Assembly: GCA_963752285.1 (NCBI GenBank) | Contig: CAVVXN010000005.1 | Coordinates: forward strand, 1,856,001 to 1,920,000 | Direction: 5' to 3' | Length of the DNA stretch: 64,000 nucleotides | Source of the DNA: an uncultured Planctomycetota bacterium | Lineage (GTDB): Bacteria > Planctomycetota > PLA2 > JAEUHO01 | Translations under genes and position numbers: made by a program | Notes under the pieces: model-generated | The model's input: the letters and a program-made list of their open reading frames with translations, nothing else | Databases searched by the model: none | What the model was told of the DNA's origin: nothing | In this document: piece by piece, positions 48,132 through 59,870 of the stretch | Layout of the letters: each line of letters opens with the position of its first letter | Numbering within the stretch: the stretch's first letter is position 1

Positions 48132-49313
48132 ATGGACGAGGCCACCCTGCGAACCCTCGCGAGCCCGCGCGGGGAGGACCTCCTCCGCGCCGCGAAGGAG
48201 ACGCGCGACCTCCCGGCGCACCGGCGAGCGTCCGCGCTCGCCGCCTGCCCCGAGGGCCGCGGCGCGAGCCCGACCGAAATCCGCGCGGCGCTCCAGCAAG
48301 ACGACCTCCGGCGCCGCGCGCGCGCGCGGTGCCCGCACGCCGAGACGCTCCTCTTCACGAGGACCGGGCTCGAGCAGGCGACGGCGTGGCCCGTCGCGGA
48401 GGAGCGTGCCGGACGCTGGCCGGGGCCCGTGACCGACCGGCTCCACGACCTGACGGCGGGGATCGGGCTCGATGCGCTCGCGACCGCGCTCACCGGCCGC
48501 CCCGTGCTCGCGTTCGAACCGGACCCCGTGCGAGCGTGCCTTCTCGCGGCGAACGCGCGCGCGCTGGGCGTGGCGCCGCTCGTCGAGGTCCGGGTCGAGC
48601 GGGCCGCCACCGGCCGCGGGCCGCTCGCTTTCCTCGACCCGGACCGTCGGGCGACGGGCCGGCGCACGCGCGCACCCGAGCGCTTCGACCCGCCGGCCCG
48701 CGACTGGCCCGCGCTGCTCGGGGGCTACGCGGCGTCGATGCTGAAGCTCCCTCCGGCCTCCCGAGTCCCGGTCCCCCCGGGCGCCCGGCTCGAGGTCGTG
48801 TCGCTCGACGGGCGCGCGCGCGAGCGGCGTCTCCTCGCGGGCGGCCTCGGCCTCGGCGCCCCGCGGCGCGCCCTCGCGCTCCCCGCGGGCCTCCACGTCG
48901 AGGGCCCGGGCCTCCCCTGGCCCGCGCCGCGCCGTCCCGAGCCGGGCCTCTGGCTCCTCGACCCCGACCCGGCCGTGACGCTCGCGGGCCTCGTCGGGGA
49001 CCTCGCGCTCGCGGCGGGCCTCGCACCCGTCCACCCCCGCATCGCGTACCTGGTCGGGGCGGCCCCACCCCCCACGGCCCCGGGGCGCCCGCTCCGGATC
49101 GACGCCGTCCTCCCCGCCCGGACCCGGGAGATCCAGGCGTGGCTTCGGGCCCGGCACGTCGGGACGCTCGAGATCAAGACGCGGGGCGTTGACGACGACG
49201 CCGGGCGCTGGCGGGCCCGGCTCCGCCTCCGCGGGGAGGCCTCGGCGTGGCTCGCGGTGACGCGCGGGCCGGACGACCGCTGGATGGCCCTCGCCGGCAT
49301 GACCCGCGAGTGA
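48132..49313 (+). CDS. SAM-dependent methyltransferase with a THUMP-like C-terminal domain
   Basis: Motifs GLEQAT, DLTAGIGLDA (SAM motif I), FLDPDRR, DPDPAV..AGL and LEIKTRGV. Confidence 0.8.
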   Translation: MDEATLRTLASPRGEDLLRAAKETRDLPAHRRASALAACPEGRGASPTEIRAALQQDDLRRRARARCPHAETLLFTRTGLEQATAWPVAEERAGRWPGPVTDRLHDLTAGIGLDALATALTGRPVLAFEPDPVRACLLAANARALGVAPLVEVRVERAATGRGPLAFLDPDRRATGRRTRAPERFDPPARDWPALLGGYAASMLKLPPASRVPVPPGARLEVVSLDGRARERRLLAGGLGLGAPRRALALPAGLHVEGPGLPWPAPRRPEPGLWLLDPDPAVTLAGLVGDLALAAGLAPVHPRIAYLVGAAPPPTAPGRPLRIDAVLPARTREIQAWLRARHVGTLEIKTRGVDDDAGRWRARLRLRGEASAWLAVTRGPDDRWMALAGMTRE

Positions 49314-49340
49314 CGGAGGTCCGGGAGCCTCGAACGGACC

Positions 49341-49940
49341 ATGACGTGCTCCCCCGGTTCCCATCCGCCCCGTCTGCGCGCCCGCGCGAAGACGCGGCCC
49401 GTGTCCCTCGCGGCCAGCCTCCTGGCCCTTCCCCTCCTCCTCCTCGGCGCCTGCCAGACGGCCCAGAAGCCCACGGGCGCCGCCACGAGCGAGGGGTTCC
49501 CCGCGCCGAACCAGGGGATCGTCTACGACTTCGCGCTCCAGGCCCTCGACCAGCAGGGGTTCATCCCGGACCTCGACCGTTCCGACCCCACGGCCGGCCG
49601 CATCGAGACGCGGTACAAGACCTCGCTCCAGCCGTTCAGCCGCAAGGGCTTCCGCGAGAAGGCGACCGTGACGATCCGTCCCGTGTCCGGGCGGCCGGGC
49701 TACTTCACCACCGACGCGCAGATCGTGCGGGACTACAACGACAATCTGGACCAGCCGAGCAGCATCGGCGCCGCCGAGTGGACCCGGACCGAGCGGGTCG
49801 AGGACGAGGAGCAGCTCCTGAACGAGCGGATCCAGATGAACTTCCTGCCCGGCGGCCTCTCCCCGGCCTTCCGACGGATCCACGGGATGGAGGACAGCGG
49901 CGCGGACGAGCCTCCCCCGCGGCCCGCCCCGACGCGCTGA
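49341..49940 (+). CDS. Hypothetical lipoprotein
   Basis: Lipobox LLLGAC followed by a globular domain (DPTAGRIETRYK). The start may be GTG 49401. Confidence 0.75.
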   Translation: MTCSPGSHPPRLRARAKTRPVSLAASLLALPLLLLGACQTAQKPTGAATSEGFPAPNQGIVYDFALQALDQQGFIPDLDRSDPTAGRIETRYKTSLQPFSRKGFREKATVTIRPVSGRPGYFTTDAQIVRDYNDNLDQPSSIGAAEWTRTERVEDEEQLLNERIQMNFLPGGLSPAFRRIHGMEDSGADEPPPRPAPTR

Positions 49941-49958
49941 GTCGCCACGCCGGGGCCG

Positions 49959-51404
49959 TCAGAGCTCGCGGCGCTCGCGGGGTCTCAACACGAGGCGCAG
50001 CGGCACGCCCTCGAACCCGAGCGCGGCCTTCATCCGGTTCTCGAGGTACCGCAGATACGCGTCGTCGAAGAGACGCGGGTCGTTCACGAAGAGCACGAAG
50101 GTCGGCGGCGCGCTCGAGACCTGGGTGCCGTAGTAGGCCTGTCCCCGGCGCCCGTGGCGCGGGCGCGGCCCGCGGCGGGCCTGGGCTTCGAGGAGCGCCT
50201 TGTTCACGTCGGCCGTGGACACGCGCGCCTCGGCCCGTTCGTGGAGGCGCCACGCGGTGGCGAGGAGCGCGGAGACGCCGCGGCCGCTCTTCGCGCTCGT
50301 GAAGACGACCGGCGCGCCCTTGAGCCCCGGGAGGACCTGGCCGAGGTACGCGCGGAGCGCCCGCGCCTTGAGGCCCTCGGGTCGGAGGTCCCACTTGTTG
50401 GCCGCCACGACGACGGGATGGCGGTGCTCCACGGCGTACGCCGCGATGCGCCGGTCGAGGCGCCCCACGTCCACGCTCGCGTCGAGGACCAGGACCGACA
50501 CGTTCGCGCGCCGCATGGCCCGCTCCGCGCGGCGCTGGGCGTAGAACTCGAGCGACCCCTGGACGGTGCGCTCCTTGCGGATGCCGGCGGTGTCGATCAC
50601 GACGACCGCACGGCCGTCCACCTCGAAACGAACGTCCACCGAGTCGCGCGTCGTCCCCGGTGTGTCGCTCACGATCATGCGCTCGTCCTCGAGCAGCGTG
50701 TTCACGAGGGACGACTTCCCCGCGTTCCTCCGCCCGACCAGGGCGAGGAGGAGCTCGGGCGCATCGAGACGGCGCGGGGTCGTCGGCCCCGCGGGGAGGA
50801 GTCGCTCGAGGCGTTCCTCGAGCTCCCCGAGTCCCAGGCGCTCCTTCGCGCTCACCGCGAGGGCCTCGCCGAACCCCAGGCCGTGAAGCTCCGCGACGCC
50901 CCACGTCGCCGACGACGCCTCCGACTTGTTCGCGAGGAGGACGACGGGCGCGCCCGAGCCGCGGAGCCGTGCGGCGACGGCCTGGTCGAGCGGCGTCGGA
51001 CCCTCGCGCGCGTCGGTGACGAAGAGCACGACGTCCGCGTCGGCGACGGCGCGCGCCACCTGGGCCTCGACGTCCCGCTCGAGTCCGTGGCGGTCCACGA
51101 TCCCGACGCCCCCCGTGTCCACCACCTCCACGGTCCGGTCCGCGAGCGTCACGAGGACCGCGACGCGGTCGCGCGTCACGCCGGGCGTCTCCTCGACGAT
51201 GGCGACGCGGCTCCTCGCGAGCGCGTTCAGGAGCGTGGACTTCCCGACGTTCGGCCGGCCGACGATGGCCACGACGGGCGGCCGCGCGTCCGGGTCGCGG
51301 ACGAGGAGGTCGGGCGCCGGCGGGGCGGGCCGCCGCGGACCCTTGCGCCCCGTCTCGTCCCGCCGCTTCCGAGGCCGGCCCGTACCGTCCCTTCGTCCCG
51401 TCAT
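49959..51404 (-). CDS. der: Ribosome biogenesis GTPase Der
   Basis: Tandem GTPase domains ([16 protein letters not shown] and [16 protein letters not shown]) and a KH-like C-terminus ([16 protein letters not shown]). Confidence 0.97.
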   Translation of the reverse strand: MTGRRDGTGRPRKRRDETGRKGPRRPAPPAPDLLVRDPDARPPVVAIVGRPNVGKSTLLNALARSRVAIVEETPGVTRDRVAVLVTLADRTVEVVDTGGVGIVDRHGLERDVEAQVARAVADADVVLFVTDAREGPTPLDQAVAARLRGSGAPVVLLANKSEASSATWGVAELHGLGFGEALAVSAKERLGLGELEERLERLLPAGPTTPRRLDAPELLLALVGRRNAGKSSLVNTLLEDERMIVSDTPGTTRDSVDVRFEVDGRAVVVIDTAGIRKERTVQGSLEFYAQRRAERAMRRANVSVLVLDASVDVGRLDRRIAAYAVEHRHPVVVAANKWDLRPEGLKARALRAYLGQVLPGLKGAPVVFTSAKSGRGVSALLATAWRLHERAEARVSTADVNKALLEAQARRGPRPRHGRRGQAYYGTQVSSAPPTFVLFVNDPRLFDDAYLRYLENRMKAALGFEGVPLRLVLRPRERREL

Positions 51405-51410
51405 CCCGCG

Positions 51411-51416
51411 ATTGTA
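51411..51416 (-). promoter_or_regulatory. -10 box TACAAT 6 nt before the der ATG
   Basis: ATTGTA on the + strand. No Shine-Dalgarno precedes ATG 51404. Confidence 0.6.
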
Positions 51417-51521
51417 CGGACGGGCGCGGAGTGAGACGCGGCGCGCCGGCGGGGATCGACGCCGACCTCGCGGTCCCCACGCGCGTCGGGCCGCGCGCGC
51501 GTCGGCCGCTGGAACCCTCGG

Positions 51522-52292
51522 TCAGCGGACGCCGAGCGCGCGGTGCGTCTGGCCGATCACGCGGACGTCGGCGTGCCGCCCGGCCGCCGCGGCGTGGAGC
51601 GCGCGGAGCGCGAGGGCGTCCGGCGGCCCGGGCCCGTCCGGCCGTTTCGTCACGGGCTGGATCACGAACGGCGTGCCCGGGCACCGCGCGGCGGCGAAGG
51701 CCGCGGCCTCCGAGACCTCGGCGGGCGTGGTGGACGACGCGACGACGACCTTCACGGCGAGCGCCTTCTTCGACGCGGCGAGGAGGTCGAGCACGCGCGC
51801 GTGCCGGTCCCAGGGCGTCGGGGCGCCGGTGGCCGAGGAGAGCTTCAGGTCGGGTGTGACCTCGTCCAGGTCGCCGAGGACGAGCGCGAGCGCGTCGGGA
51901 CGGTGGCCACCGGTCTCCAGGTGGACACGGAGCCCGCCGGCCCGCGCGTCGCGCGCGATCCGGACCACGGCCTCGGGATAGAGCAGCGGCTCGCCGCCCG
52001 TGATCGAGACGGCGCGGTGGAGGCCCAAGGGACGGTCGAGGCGCCGCACCCACGCACCGATCCGGTCCACGGGCACCGGGTTCGCGGGTCGCTCCTCGTC
52101 GTCGCGGTCGGGCGCGACCTCGACCCGGGCGGCGGGCGGCGCGGGGAACGACTCGGGCGTGTCGCAGAACGCGCAGCGGAGGTCGCAGCCCGAGAGCCGG
52201 ACGAAGACCTGCCGCTCGCCGACGCGAGGTCCCTCGCCCTGGAACGAGGAGAACAGCTCGAGCAGCGGGACGGTCCGGCCGCGCGCCGTCAT
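51522..52292 (-). CDS. queE: 7-carboxy-7-deazaguanine synthase (radical SAM)
   Basis: Motifs FSSFQGEG, CDLRCAFCDT, SITGGEP, LETGG and a C-terminal QTH. Confidence 0.92.
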   Translation of the reverse strand: MTARGRTVPLLELFSSFQGEGPRVGERQVFVRLSGCDLRCAFCDTPESFPAPPAARVEVAPDRDDEERPANPVPVDRIGAWVRRLDRPLGLHRAVSITGGEPLLYPEAVVRIARDARAGGLRVHLETGGHRPDALALVLGDLDEVTPDLKLSSATGAPTPWDRHARVLDLLAASKKALAVKVVVASSTTPAEVSEAAAFAAARCPGTPFVIQPVTKRPDGPGPPDALALRALHAAAAGRHADVRVIGQTHRALGVR

Positions 52293-53332
52293 TCGACGCG
52301 ACCGACGAGACGGAAACCGGCCTCCTCGGCGTCCCGGTGCCGCCACGGGTCGGGCGACGCGACGACGTACGAGGGCCCCACCCGGTCGATCCGCGCGCGG
52401 AGCGCGAGGTAGGCGTCGGCGCGCGCGAGGGCCACGGCGGAGGAGAACGCCGCGAGCACCCGGAGCGCCGCCATGGCGAGCACCGCGACGAGCGCGCCGG
52501 CCAGCGCGACGTCGAGGGACGACGAGCCGAGACGCGCGGCGTCGGGCGGGCGGCCCGTCGCCTCGAGCACCGCAAGGGCGCGCGTGAAGCCCGCCCCGCC
52601 GGCGACGGCCCGGAGGAGGAACACGAGGACGATCGCGATCCCGAGGGCGAGGATCGACGCGCGCAGGGCCGCCACGAGCCGGGGGCCGAGGGCCCGCACC
52701 CGGAGCGCGAGGACCTCCCGCGGCCGCTCGCGCGCCCACGTGAGCGCGCGGTCCACCGCCTCGAACCCCGAACATCCCTCCACGGCGACCGCGAGGACGA
52801 GGGCGAACCCTCCCACGAAGACGCGCCACGCCGCGAACAGCCACGCGGCGAGGAGGAGGAGGAGGAGCACGTCGAGCACGATCGGCGACCGGATCGCGCC
52901 CCGCGGACCGCTCGCGCCCACCACGACCAGCGCGAGGACCGGCGGCAGCGCGAGGGCCAGGACCGCCCCCGCGCGCGCGCCGAACGCGGCCGGGAGGTGG
53001 CGGCGGGCGAACGACAGCGCGCCGCGGCGGGACGGCGCGGGCGCGCCGGAGAGCCGGAGGGCCGCCGTCCGCGCGAGCGCGAGCGCGAAGTACGTCCACG
53101 CCGCGAGGACGAGCGCGGCCTCGAGGAGCAGGTAGCCGAGGAGCGCGAGATCGCGGTCCGAGAGCCACGCGTCCCGCGCGGGCGCGCCGATCCAGGCGAG
53201 CGGTCGGAGCAGGTCCGCGAGGTGCGGCGCCGGGAGGCGCGCGAGGAGCCCGCCCAGGACGAGCGCGCCGAGGCCGGCGAGCCACCCGTCGGCCGCGAGG
53301 CGCCGGAAGGGCGCGCCGGTCTCAGCGGTCAT
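52289..53332 (-). CDS. Hypothetical polytopic membrane protein
   Basis: About six hydrophobic helices. It overlaps the yacG stop and the queE start. Confidence 0.75.
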   Translation of the reverse strand: MTAETGAPFRRLAADGWLAGLGALVLGGLLARLPAPHLADLLRPLAWIGAPARDAWLSDRDLALLGYLLLEAALVLAAWTYFALALARTAALRLSGAPAPSRRGALSFARRHLPAAFGARAGAVLALALPPVLALVVVGASGPRGAIRSPIVLDVLLLLLLAAWLFAAWRVFVGGFALVLAVAVEGCSGFEAVDRALTWARERPREVLALRVRALGPRLVAALRASILALGIAIVLVFLLRAVAGGAGFTRALAVLEATGRPPDAARLGSSSLDVALAGALVAVLAMAALRVLAAFSSAVALARADAYLALRARIDRVGPSYVVASPDPWRHRDAEEAGFRLVGRVE

Positions 53333-53528
53333 CGTCCTCGTCCTCGGGCGGCGCGAGGTCCCCGAGGTCGAGGGTGTCCTCCCCCGGGACGACGTACGCG
53401 CCGTCGAGCCAGCGGCCGAGATCCACCAACTTGCAGCGCTTCGAGCAGAACGGCCGCTCGGGCGCGCCGGGGGGGAGCTCGCGCGCGCAGATCGGACAGG
53501 TCCCGGCGCGCGGCGAGGCTCGGCTCAC
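53322..53528 (-). CDS. yacG: DNA gyrase inhibitor YacG
   Basis: Motif CPIC...RPFCSKRCKLVDLGRWLDGAYVVPG with an acidic tail. Confidence 0.92.
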   Translation of the reverse strand: MSRASPRAGTCPICARELPPGAPERPFCSKRCKLVDLGRWLDGAYVVPGEDTLDLGDLAPPEDEDDDR

Positions 53529-53872
53529 GAAGACGTCCCGGAGGCCTTCGCGTCCTGGCCGCCCTTCGCCTCGCCCGACTTCTTCCCGGCGGCGGGGGCC
53601 GGCGCGGCGCCGCCACCCGCGCCCGCGTCCGATCCGCCACCCGACCCGCCATCGGAGGCGTCGCGCTTGGCGCCGGTCCGCGCGGCGGCGCGCTTGTAGT
53701 CGGTCTCGTAGAAGCCCGAGCCGCGGAAGATCACGCCGAGCCCCGTGCCGACGAGCCGGATCAGCTTGCGCTTCCCGCAGGAGGGGCAGGTCTTGAGCTT
53801 CGGCGCGGTCATCTCCTGGAACCGCTCGAACGTGTGGCCGCAGGCCTCGCACTCGTAGTCGTACGTGGGCAT
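53525..53872 (-). CDS. FmdB-family zinc-ribbon protein
   Basis: Motif MPTYDYECEACGHTFE...CPSCG...IFRGSGFYETDY. Confidence 0.93.
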   Translation of the reverse strand: MPTYDYECEACGHTFERFQEMTAPKLKTCPSCGKRKLIRLVGTGLGVIFRGSGFYETDYKRAAARTGAKRDASDGGSGGGSDAGAGGGAAPAPAAGKKSGEAKGGQDAKASGTSS

Positions 53873-53873
53873 C

Positions 53874-54539
53874 TCAGAGGTCCTCTTCCGATTCCCGGTC
53901 CGCCGCGCCGTCCTCCCGATCCGGGTCGGCGGCCGAAGTCCTCGCCCCGCTCTCGCGCTCCGCGGCCACGGCCACGTGCGCGGGACGGACCACCCGGTCG
54001 TGGAGCGTGAAGCCCGGCCGGAGCTCGCGCGCGATCGTGTGCGCGTCGAGGTCCGCGCGGTCCACCATCACGATGGCGTGGTGCCGTGAGGGGTCGAACG
54101 GCGCGCCCTCGGCGGCGTCGATCCTCGCGACGCCGTGGCGGGAGAGCACGTTCAGGAGCTCCTTCTCGACCAGGTCGAAGCCCTCGAGCGCCGCGGTGGC
54201 CGTCGGCGCGGCCGCTCCCGACGCATGGAGGGCCCGTTCCTGGAACCCCTCGCGCGCGGCGTGGAGCGCGTCGAAGACGGGTAGGAGGTCCGAGAGGAGC
54301 TGCTCGATCGCGTAGCGGCCGCGGTCGTCGGACTGACGCCGGATGCGCTGCGTCTCGTTCACGAAGTCGGCCTGCATCCGGCGGAGCCGGTCCTCGAGCG
54401 CGGCCACGCGCGGGTCGGGCCCGTCGGCGGCCGGCCCGAACCCGGCGCCGTCCTCGCGGGGCTCGGCGGAGCCCGTGCCGTCGAACGACTTCGCGTCGTC
54501 GCGGTCGTCGAGCGGGCGGGGGTCCACGGGCGCGGTCAC
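53874..54539 (-). CDS. grpE: Nucleotide exchange factor GrpE
   Basis: Motifs [25 protein letters not shown] and [16 protein letters not shown]. Confidence 0.94.
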   Translation of the reverse strand: MTAPVDPRPLDDRDDAKSFDGTGSAEPREDGAGFGPAADGPDPRVAALEDRLRRMQADFVNETQRIRRQSDDRGRYAIEQLLSDLLPVFDALHAAREGFQERALHASGAAAPTATAALEGFDLVEKELLNVLSRHGVARIDAAEGAPFDPSRHHAIVMVDRADLDAHTIARELRPGFTLHDRVVRPAHVAVAAERESGARTSAADPDREDGAADRESEEDL

Positions 54540-55708
54540 CGGGCGCGCTCCTCGGCCGAGGACCGGCGCTCGTCGAGCCGGCGCCGGTGCGCGTCGAGAC
54601 GGTCGCCGAACACGCGGCGCGCGGGCCCCACCTCGCGCGTCTCCTCCTCGCGGAGCCCCTCGAGCGCGCGCTTGAGCCGGCGCCCCGGCTTCTTCGGCAC
54701 GTCGTAGGCCACGCGCACGTAGAGGCTGCCGCGCCCGCCCGACCGGAGCCGCGGGAGCCCCCCGCCGCGCATCCGTACGGTGTCGCCGGGGGCGGTGCCC
54801 GAGGCGAGCGAGAGCTTCTCGACTCCTTCGAGCGTCGGCACCTCGACCTCGCCGCCGAGGAGCGCGGCCGCGATCGGGACGGGCACCTCGACGAACAGGT
54901 CGGCGGGATCGCGGGGGCTCCGGACGAAGAGTGGGTGCTCCCGGACGCGGACGACGCAGTGCAGATCGCCCGCGGGCCCCCCACGAGGGCCGGCCTCGCC
55001 CTGGCCGCGGACGCTGAGCGTCATGCCGTCCTCGATGCCCGCCGGGACGTCTACGGCGACCTCGCGCCGCCTTGGGACGAGCCCGCTCCCGCGGCAGGTC
55101 GGGCAGGGGTCCTCCACCACCATCCCCTCGCCGCCGCACGCGGCGCAGCTCCGCCGCACCGCGAAGAACCCCTGGTTGGACACCTCGTAGCCGGCGCCGG
55201 CGCAGCGCCCGCAGCGCACGAGCGGACGCCCGCCCTTCGAGCCGCTCCCCCCGCACGCGTCGCAGGGCTCGCGGCGCTCGAGGGGAACGGTCCGCCGGGC
55301 ACCGGCCGCCACGTCCTCCAGGTCGAGTTCGACCTCGACGCCGAGCGTCGCGCCGCGCCGGGGGCCGGCGGACCCCCCGCGCGACCCGCCGAAGAACGAG
55401 CCGAAGAGGTCGCCTCCGAAGATCTCGCCGAACGCGCGGAAGATGTCGTGGACGTCCGCGAAACCGGTCTGGCCGTTCAGGCCCTCGTGGCCGTAGCGGT
55501 CGTACCGCTGCCGTTTCTCCGGATGCGCCAGGACCTCGTACGCCTCGGCCGCCTCCTTGAACCGCTCCTCCGCCTCGGGATCTCCGGGGTTCTTGTCGGG
55601 GTGGTACTGGACGGCGAGCCGGCGGTACGAGGCCTTGACCTCGGTGTCGCTCGCGTGACGGGACACGCCCAGGATCTCGTAGTAGTCGCGTTTCATCGAC
55701 GTGGTCAC
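54536..55708 (-). CDS. dnaJ: Chaperone DnaJ
   Basis: J domain with HPD, a G/F-rich region and four CxxCxGxG repeats. The start is GTG 55708 or ATG 55696. Confidence 0.97.
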   Translation of the reverse strand: MTTSMKRDYYEILGVSRHASDTEVKASYRRLAVQYHPDKNPGDPEAEERFKEAAEAYEVLAHPEKRQRYDRYGHEGLNGQTGFADVHDIFRAFGEIFGGDLFGSFFGGSRGGSAGPRRGATLGVEVELDLEDVAAGARRTVPLERREPCDACGGSGSKGGRPLVRCGRCAGAGYEVSNQGFFAVRRSCAACGGEGMVVEDPCPTCRGSGLVPRRREVAVDVPAGIEDGMTLSVRGQGEAGPRGGPAGDLHCVVRVREHPLFVRSPRDPADLFVEVPVPIAAALLGGEVEVPTLEGVEKLSLASGTAPGDTVRMRGGGLPRLRSGGRGSLYVRVAYDVPKKPGRRLKRALEGLREEETREVGPARRVFGDRLDAHRRRLDERRSSAEERAR

Positions 55709-55832
55709 GAGATCCTACTCCTCGACGAGGCCGGATCCACGGGCCGTCGGTGATCGAACGCCGCGGATGGCGCGCCCCACGCCGGCTCGACGCCCGGCCC
55801 CCGCGCGCCCGGTCGCTCGCCGCCGGACGGCG

Positions 55833-57446
<1,614 letters not shown>

Positions 57447-57515
57447 GTGTTCCTCGTCGGGTCTGGGGGTCGGGTCAGGGCTCTCTCTCGGTCGTCGTTC
57501 GGACGGGGCGCGCGC

Positions 57516-57803
57516 TCACTCGAAGAGCGCGAGCACCTCGTTCTCGCGGAGGATCTTGAGCTCGTCCCCCTTCCACTTGATCTCGGTGCCGGCGTACTTG
57601 CCGTAGAGCACCTCGTCGCCGACCTTGACGGTGAGCGGGACGCGCTTGCCGTCGTCGTTGAGCCGGCCCTCACCCACCGCCAGGACCTTGCCCCGCTGGG
57701 GCTTCTCCTTGGCGGTGTCGGGCAGCAGGATGCCGCCGGCCGTCTTCTCCTCGGCCTCGATCGGCTGGACCACGATGCGGTCATCGAGCGGGCGGATGGC
57801 CAT
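57516..57803 (-). CDS. groES: Co-chaperonin GroES
   Basis: Motif [10 protein letters not shown]...[16 protein letters not shown]...GKYAGTE. Confidence 0.98.
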   Translation of the reverse strand: MAIRPLDDRIVVQPIEAEEKTAGGILLPDTAKEKPQRGKVLAVGEGRLNDDGKRVPLTVKVGDEVLYGKYAGTEIKWKGDELKILRENEVLALFE

Positions 57804-57942
57804 GTTCGGTCGTCTCCATCGCGGGGCCGGGGCCGGGGAGCGGTCCCCGCGCGCCGGTCCCATCACGGTTTCAGTCTCGTCCGGGATCCTCGGTCTTCGA
57901 TCCGGCCCGCCGCGCCCTTCCGCGCGCCGGGCCGGCTCCGGT

Positions 57943-59586
57943 TCAGTAGTCCTCGTCCATGCCGCCCGGCATCTCCGGGCCCTCGTCGTCCTCGGGGAGA
58001 TTCGCGACGAGGCAGTCCGTGGAGATCAGGAGCGTCGCGACGCTCGCGGCGTTCTGGAGCGCCGAGCGCGAGACCTTCGTCGGGTCCACGATGCCGGCCT
58101 CGAACATGTCGGTCTGCTTCCCCGACACGACGTCGAAGCCCTCGTTCCGGGCCGTGCCGCGGAGCTTGCGGACGACGACGTCGCCCTCGAAGCCCGCGTT
58201 CGCCGCGATCGTGCGCGCGGGGACGGAGAGCGCGTCGTGGAGCGCCTTCGCGCCGAGCCGCGCGTCGCCGTCGACGGCCCCCGACGACATCCACTCGCCG
58301 ACGGCCTTCTCGGCCCGGAGGAACGCCGTGCCGCCGCCGGGGAGGATGCCCTCCTCCACCGCGGCGCGCGTGGCGTGCAGCGCGTCCTCGACGCGCGACT
58401 TCTTCTCCTTCATCTCGGTCTCGGTCGCGGCTCCGACCTCGATCTGGGCGACGCCGCCGGCGAGCTTCGCGAGCCGTTCCTGGAGCTTCTCCTTGTCGTA
58501 GTCCGAGTCGCTCTTCTCGAGCTCCTGGCGGATCTGACGCATACGGGAGGAGAGGTCCGACTGCGACCCGCCGCCGTCCACGAGGGTGGTGTTCTCGGCC
58601 TCGATCGTCGCGCGGCGACACGTGCCGAGCTGGTCGATGGTCACGTTCTCGAGGTCCACACCCAGGTCCTTGTAGAAGGCGTGCGCACCCGTCAGGATCG
58701 CGATGTCCCCGAGCATGGCCTTGCGCCGGTCGCCGTACCCCGGAGCCTTGACGGCCGTGGTCTGCACGACGCCGCGGAGCTTGTTGAGGACGAGCGTCGC
58801 CAGGGCGTCGCCCTCGATGTCCTCGGCGATGATCAGGAGCGGTCGCCCCCGCTTGCTCACCGTCTCGAGCAGGGGCACGAGCTTCGCGGCGGCCGAGATC
58901 TTGTCCTCCCAGATGAGGACGAGGGGGTTGTCGAGGACGGCCTGCATGCGCTCGGGATCGGTCACGAAGTGCGGCGAGAGGTAGCCGCGGTCGAACTGCA
59001 TGCCCTGGATGACGTTCACCTTCGTATCGAGGGTCTTCCCCTCCTCGATCGTGATGACGCCGTCGTTCCCCACCTTGTCCATCGCCTCGGCGATCATCGA
59101 GCCGATCTCGGTGTCGCCGTTGGCGGCGATCGTCGCGACGTGCTTCACGTGCGCCTTGTCGGACGAGACCTTCTTCGAGAGCTTCTTGAGCGCGCCCACC
59201 GCGACGTCGGTCGCCTCGCGGATGCCGCGCGAGAGCGCGGCGACCGAAGCGCCGGACGCCGCGTACTTGTGCGCCTCCAGGAAGATCGCCTCGGCGAGGA
59301 CCGTCGCCGTCGTCGTGCCGTCGCCCGCGACGTCGGAGGTCTTCGACGCGGCCTCCTTCACGAGCTGCGCGCCCATGTCCTCGTAGGGGTTCTCGAGCTC
59401 GACCTCCTCGGCTACCGTGGCGCCGTCCTTCGTGAAGGTGGGGCTTCCCCAGCCCTTGTCGATCACGGCGTTCCGGCCCCGGGGGCCGTACGTGATCTTG
59501 ACGGCACGCGCGAGCTTCTGCACGCCGACGCGGACGTGTTCCCGGGCCTCCTGGTCGAAGGCGAGCTGCTTGGCGGGCATGGGCAT
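57943..59586 (-). CDS. groEL: Chaperonin GroEL (copy ending PGGMDEDY)
   Basis: Motifs [25 protein letters not shown] and EEGILPGGG. Confidence 0.98.
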   Translation of the reverse strand: MPMPAKQLAFDQEAREHVRVGVQKLARAVKITYGPRGRNAVIDKGWGSPTFTKDGATVAEEVELENPYEDMGAQLVKEAASKTSDVAGDGTTTATVLAEAIFLEAHKYAASGASVAALSRGIREATDVAVGALKKLSKKVSSDKAHVKHVATIAANGDTEIGSMIAEAMDKVGNDGVITIEEGKTLDTKVNVIQGMQFDRGYLSPHFVTDPERMQAVLDNPLVLIWEDKISAAAKLVPLLETVSKRGRPLLIIAEDIEGDALATLVLNKLRGVVQTTAVKAPGYGDRRKAMLGDIAILTGAHAFYKDLGVDLENVTIDQLGTCRRATIEAENTTLVDGGGSQSDLSSRMRQIRQELEKSDSDYDKEKLQERLAKLAGGVAQIEVGAATETEMKEKKSRVEDALHATRAAVEEGILPGGGTAFLRAEKAVGEWMSSGAVDGDARLGAKALHDALSVPARTIAANAGFEGDVVVRKLRGTARNEGFDVVSGKQTDMFEAGIVDPTKVSRSALQNAASVATLLISTDCLVANLPEDDEGPEMPGGMDEDY

Positions 59587-59623
59587 CTCCTGGGGTACGG
59601 GGCCGTCCCTCGGGGGCGCGTCT

Positions 59624-59639
59624 AGCCAAGGGCGTGCCG
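59624..59639 (-). promoter_or_regulatory. Putative sigma54 promoter CGGCACGCCCTTGGCT for the chaperone operon
   Basis: Perfect GGCACG -24 element with GC at -12 and canonical spacing, 37 nt upstream of the groEL ATG. Confidence 0.6.
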
Positions 59640-59716
59640 TCCGCCGGACCTCGACTGAAGCCGTTGGGGCACTTCATCTTGCGCGCGCGCCGTCCGATTG
59701 AGGTAGGGACGGGCGC

Positions 59717-59770
59717 TGCCAGGATGTCATACGCCCAGGCGAGCGTCCTCGGCGGGATGTCAACTTGTCA
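59717..59770. promoter_or_regulatory. Two TG(C/T)CA-N3-TGTCA boxes, candidate regulator/enhancer sites
   Basis: TGCCAggaTGTCA at 59717-59729 and TGTCAactTGTCA at 59758-59770. Confidence 0.55.
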
Positions 59771-59870
59771 ATCCGCCGCCAACCGCCATCCGGCCCCCCT
59801 CGGGTATAGAAGGGGGCCTTCTACGGGAGGCCGCCCGGCCGCGAGGCTGGGGCCACGGGAGGACTGTCCG

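Noticed and set aside
59587..59870. CIRCE/HrcA operator upstream of groEL
   Set aside because: No TTAGCACTC-N9-GAGTGCTAA-like inverted repeat was found by eye.
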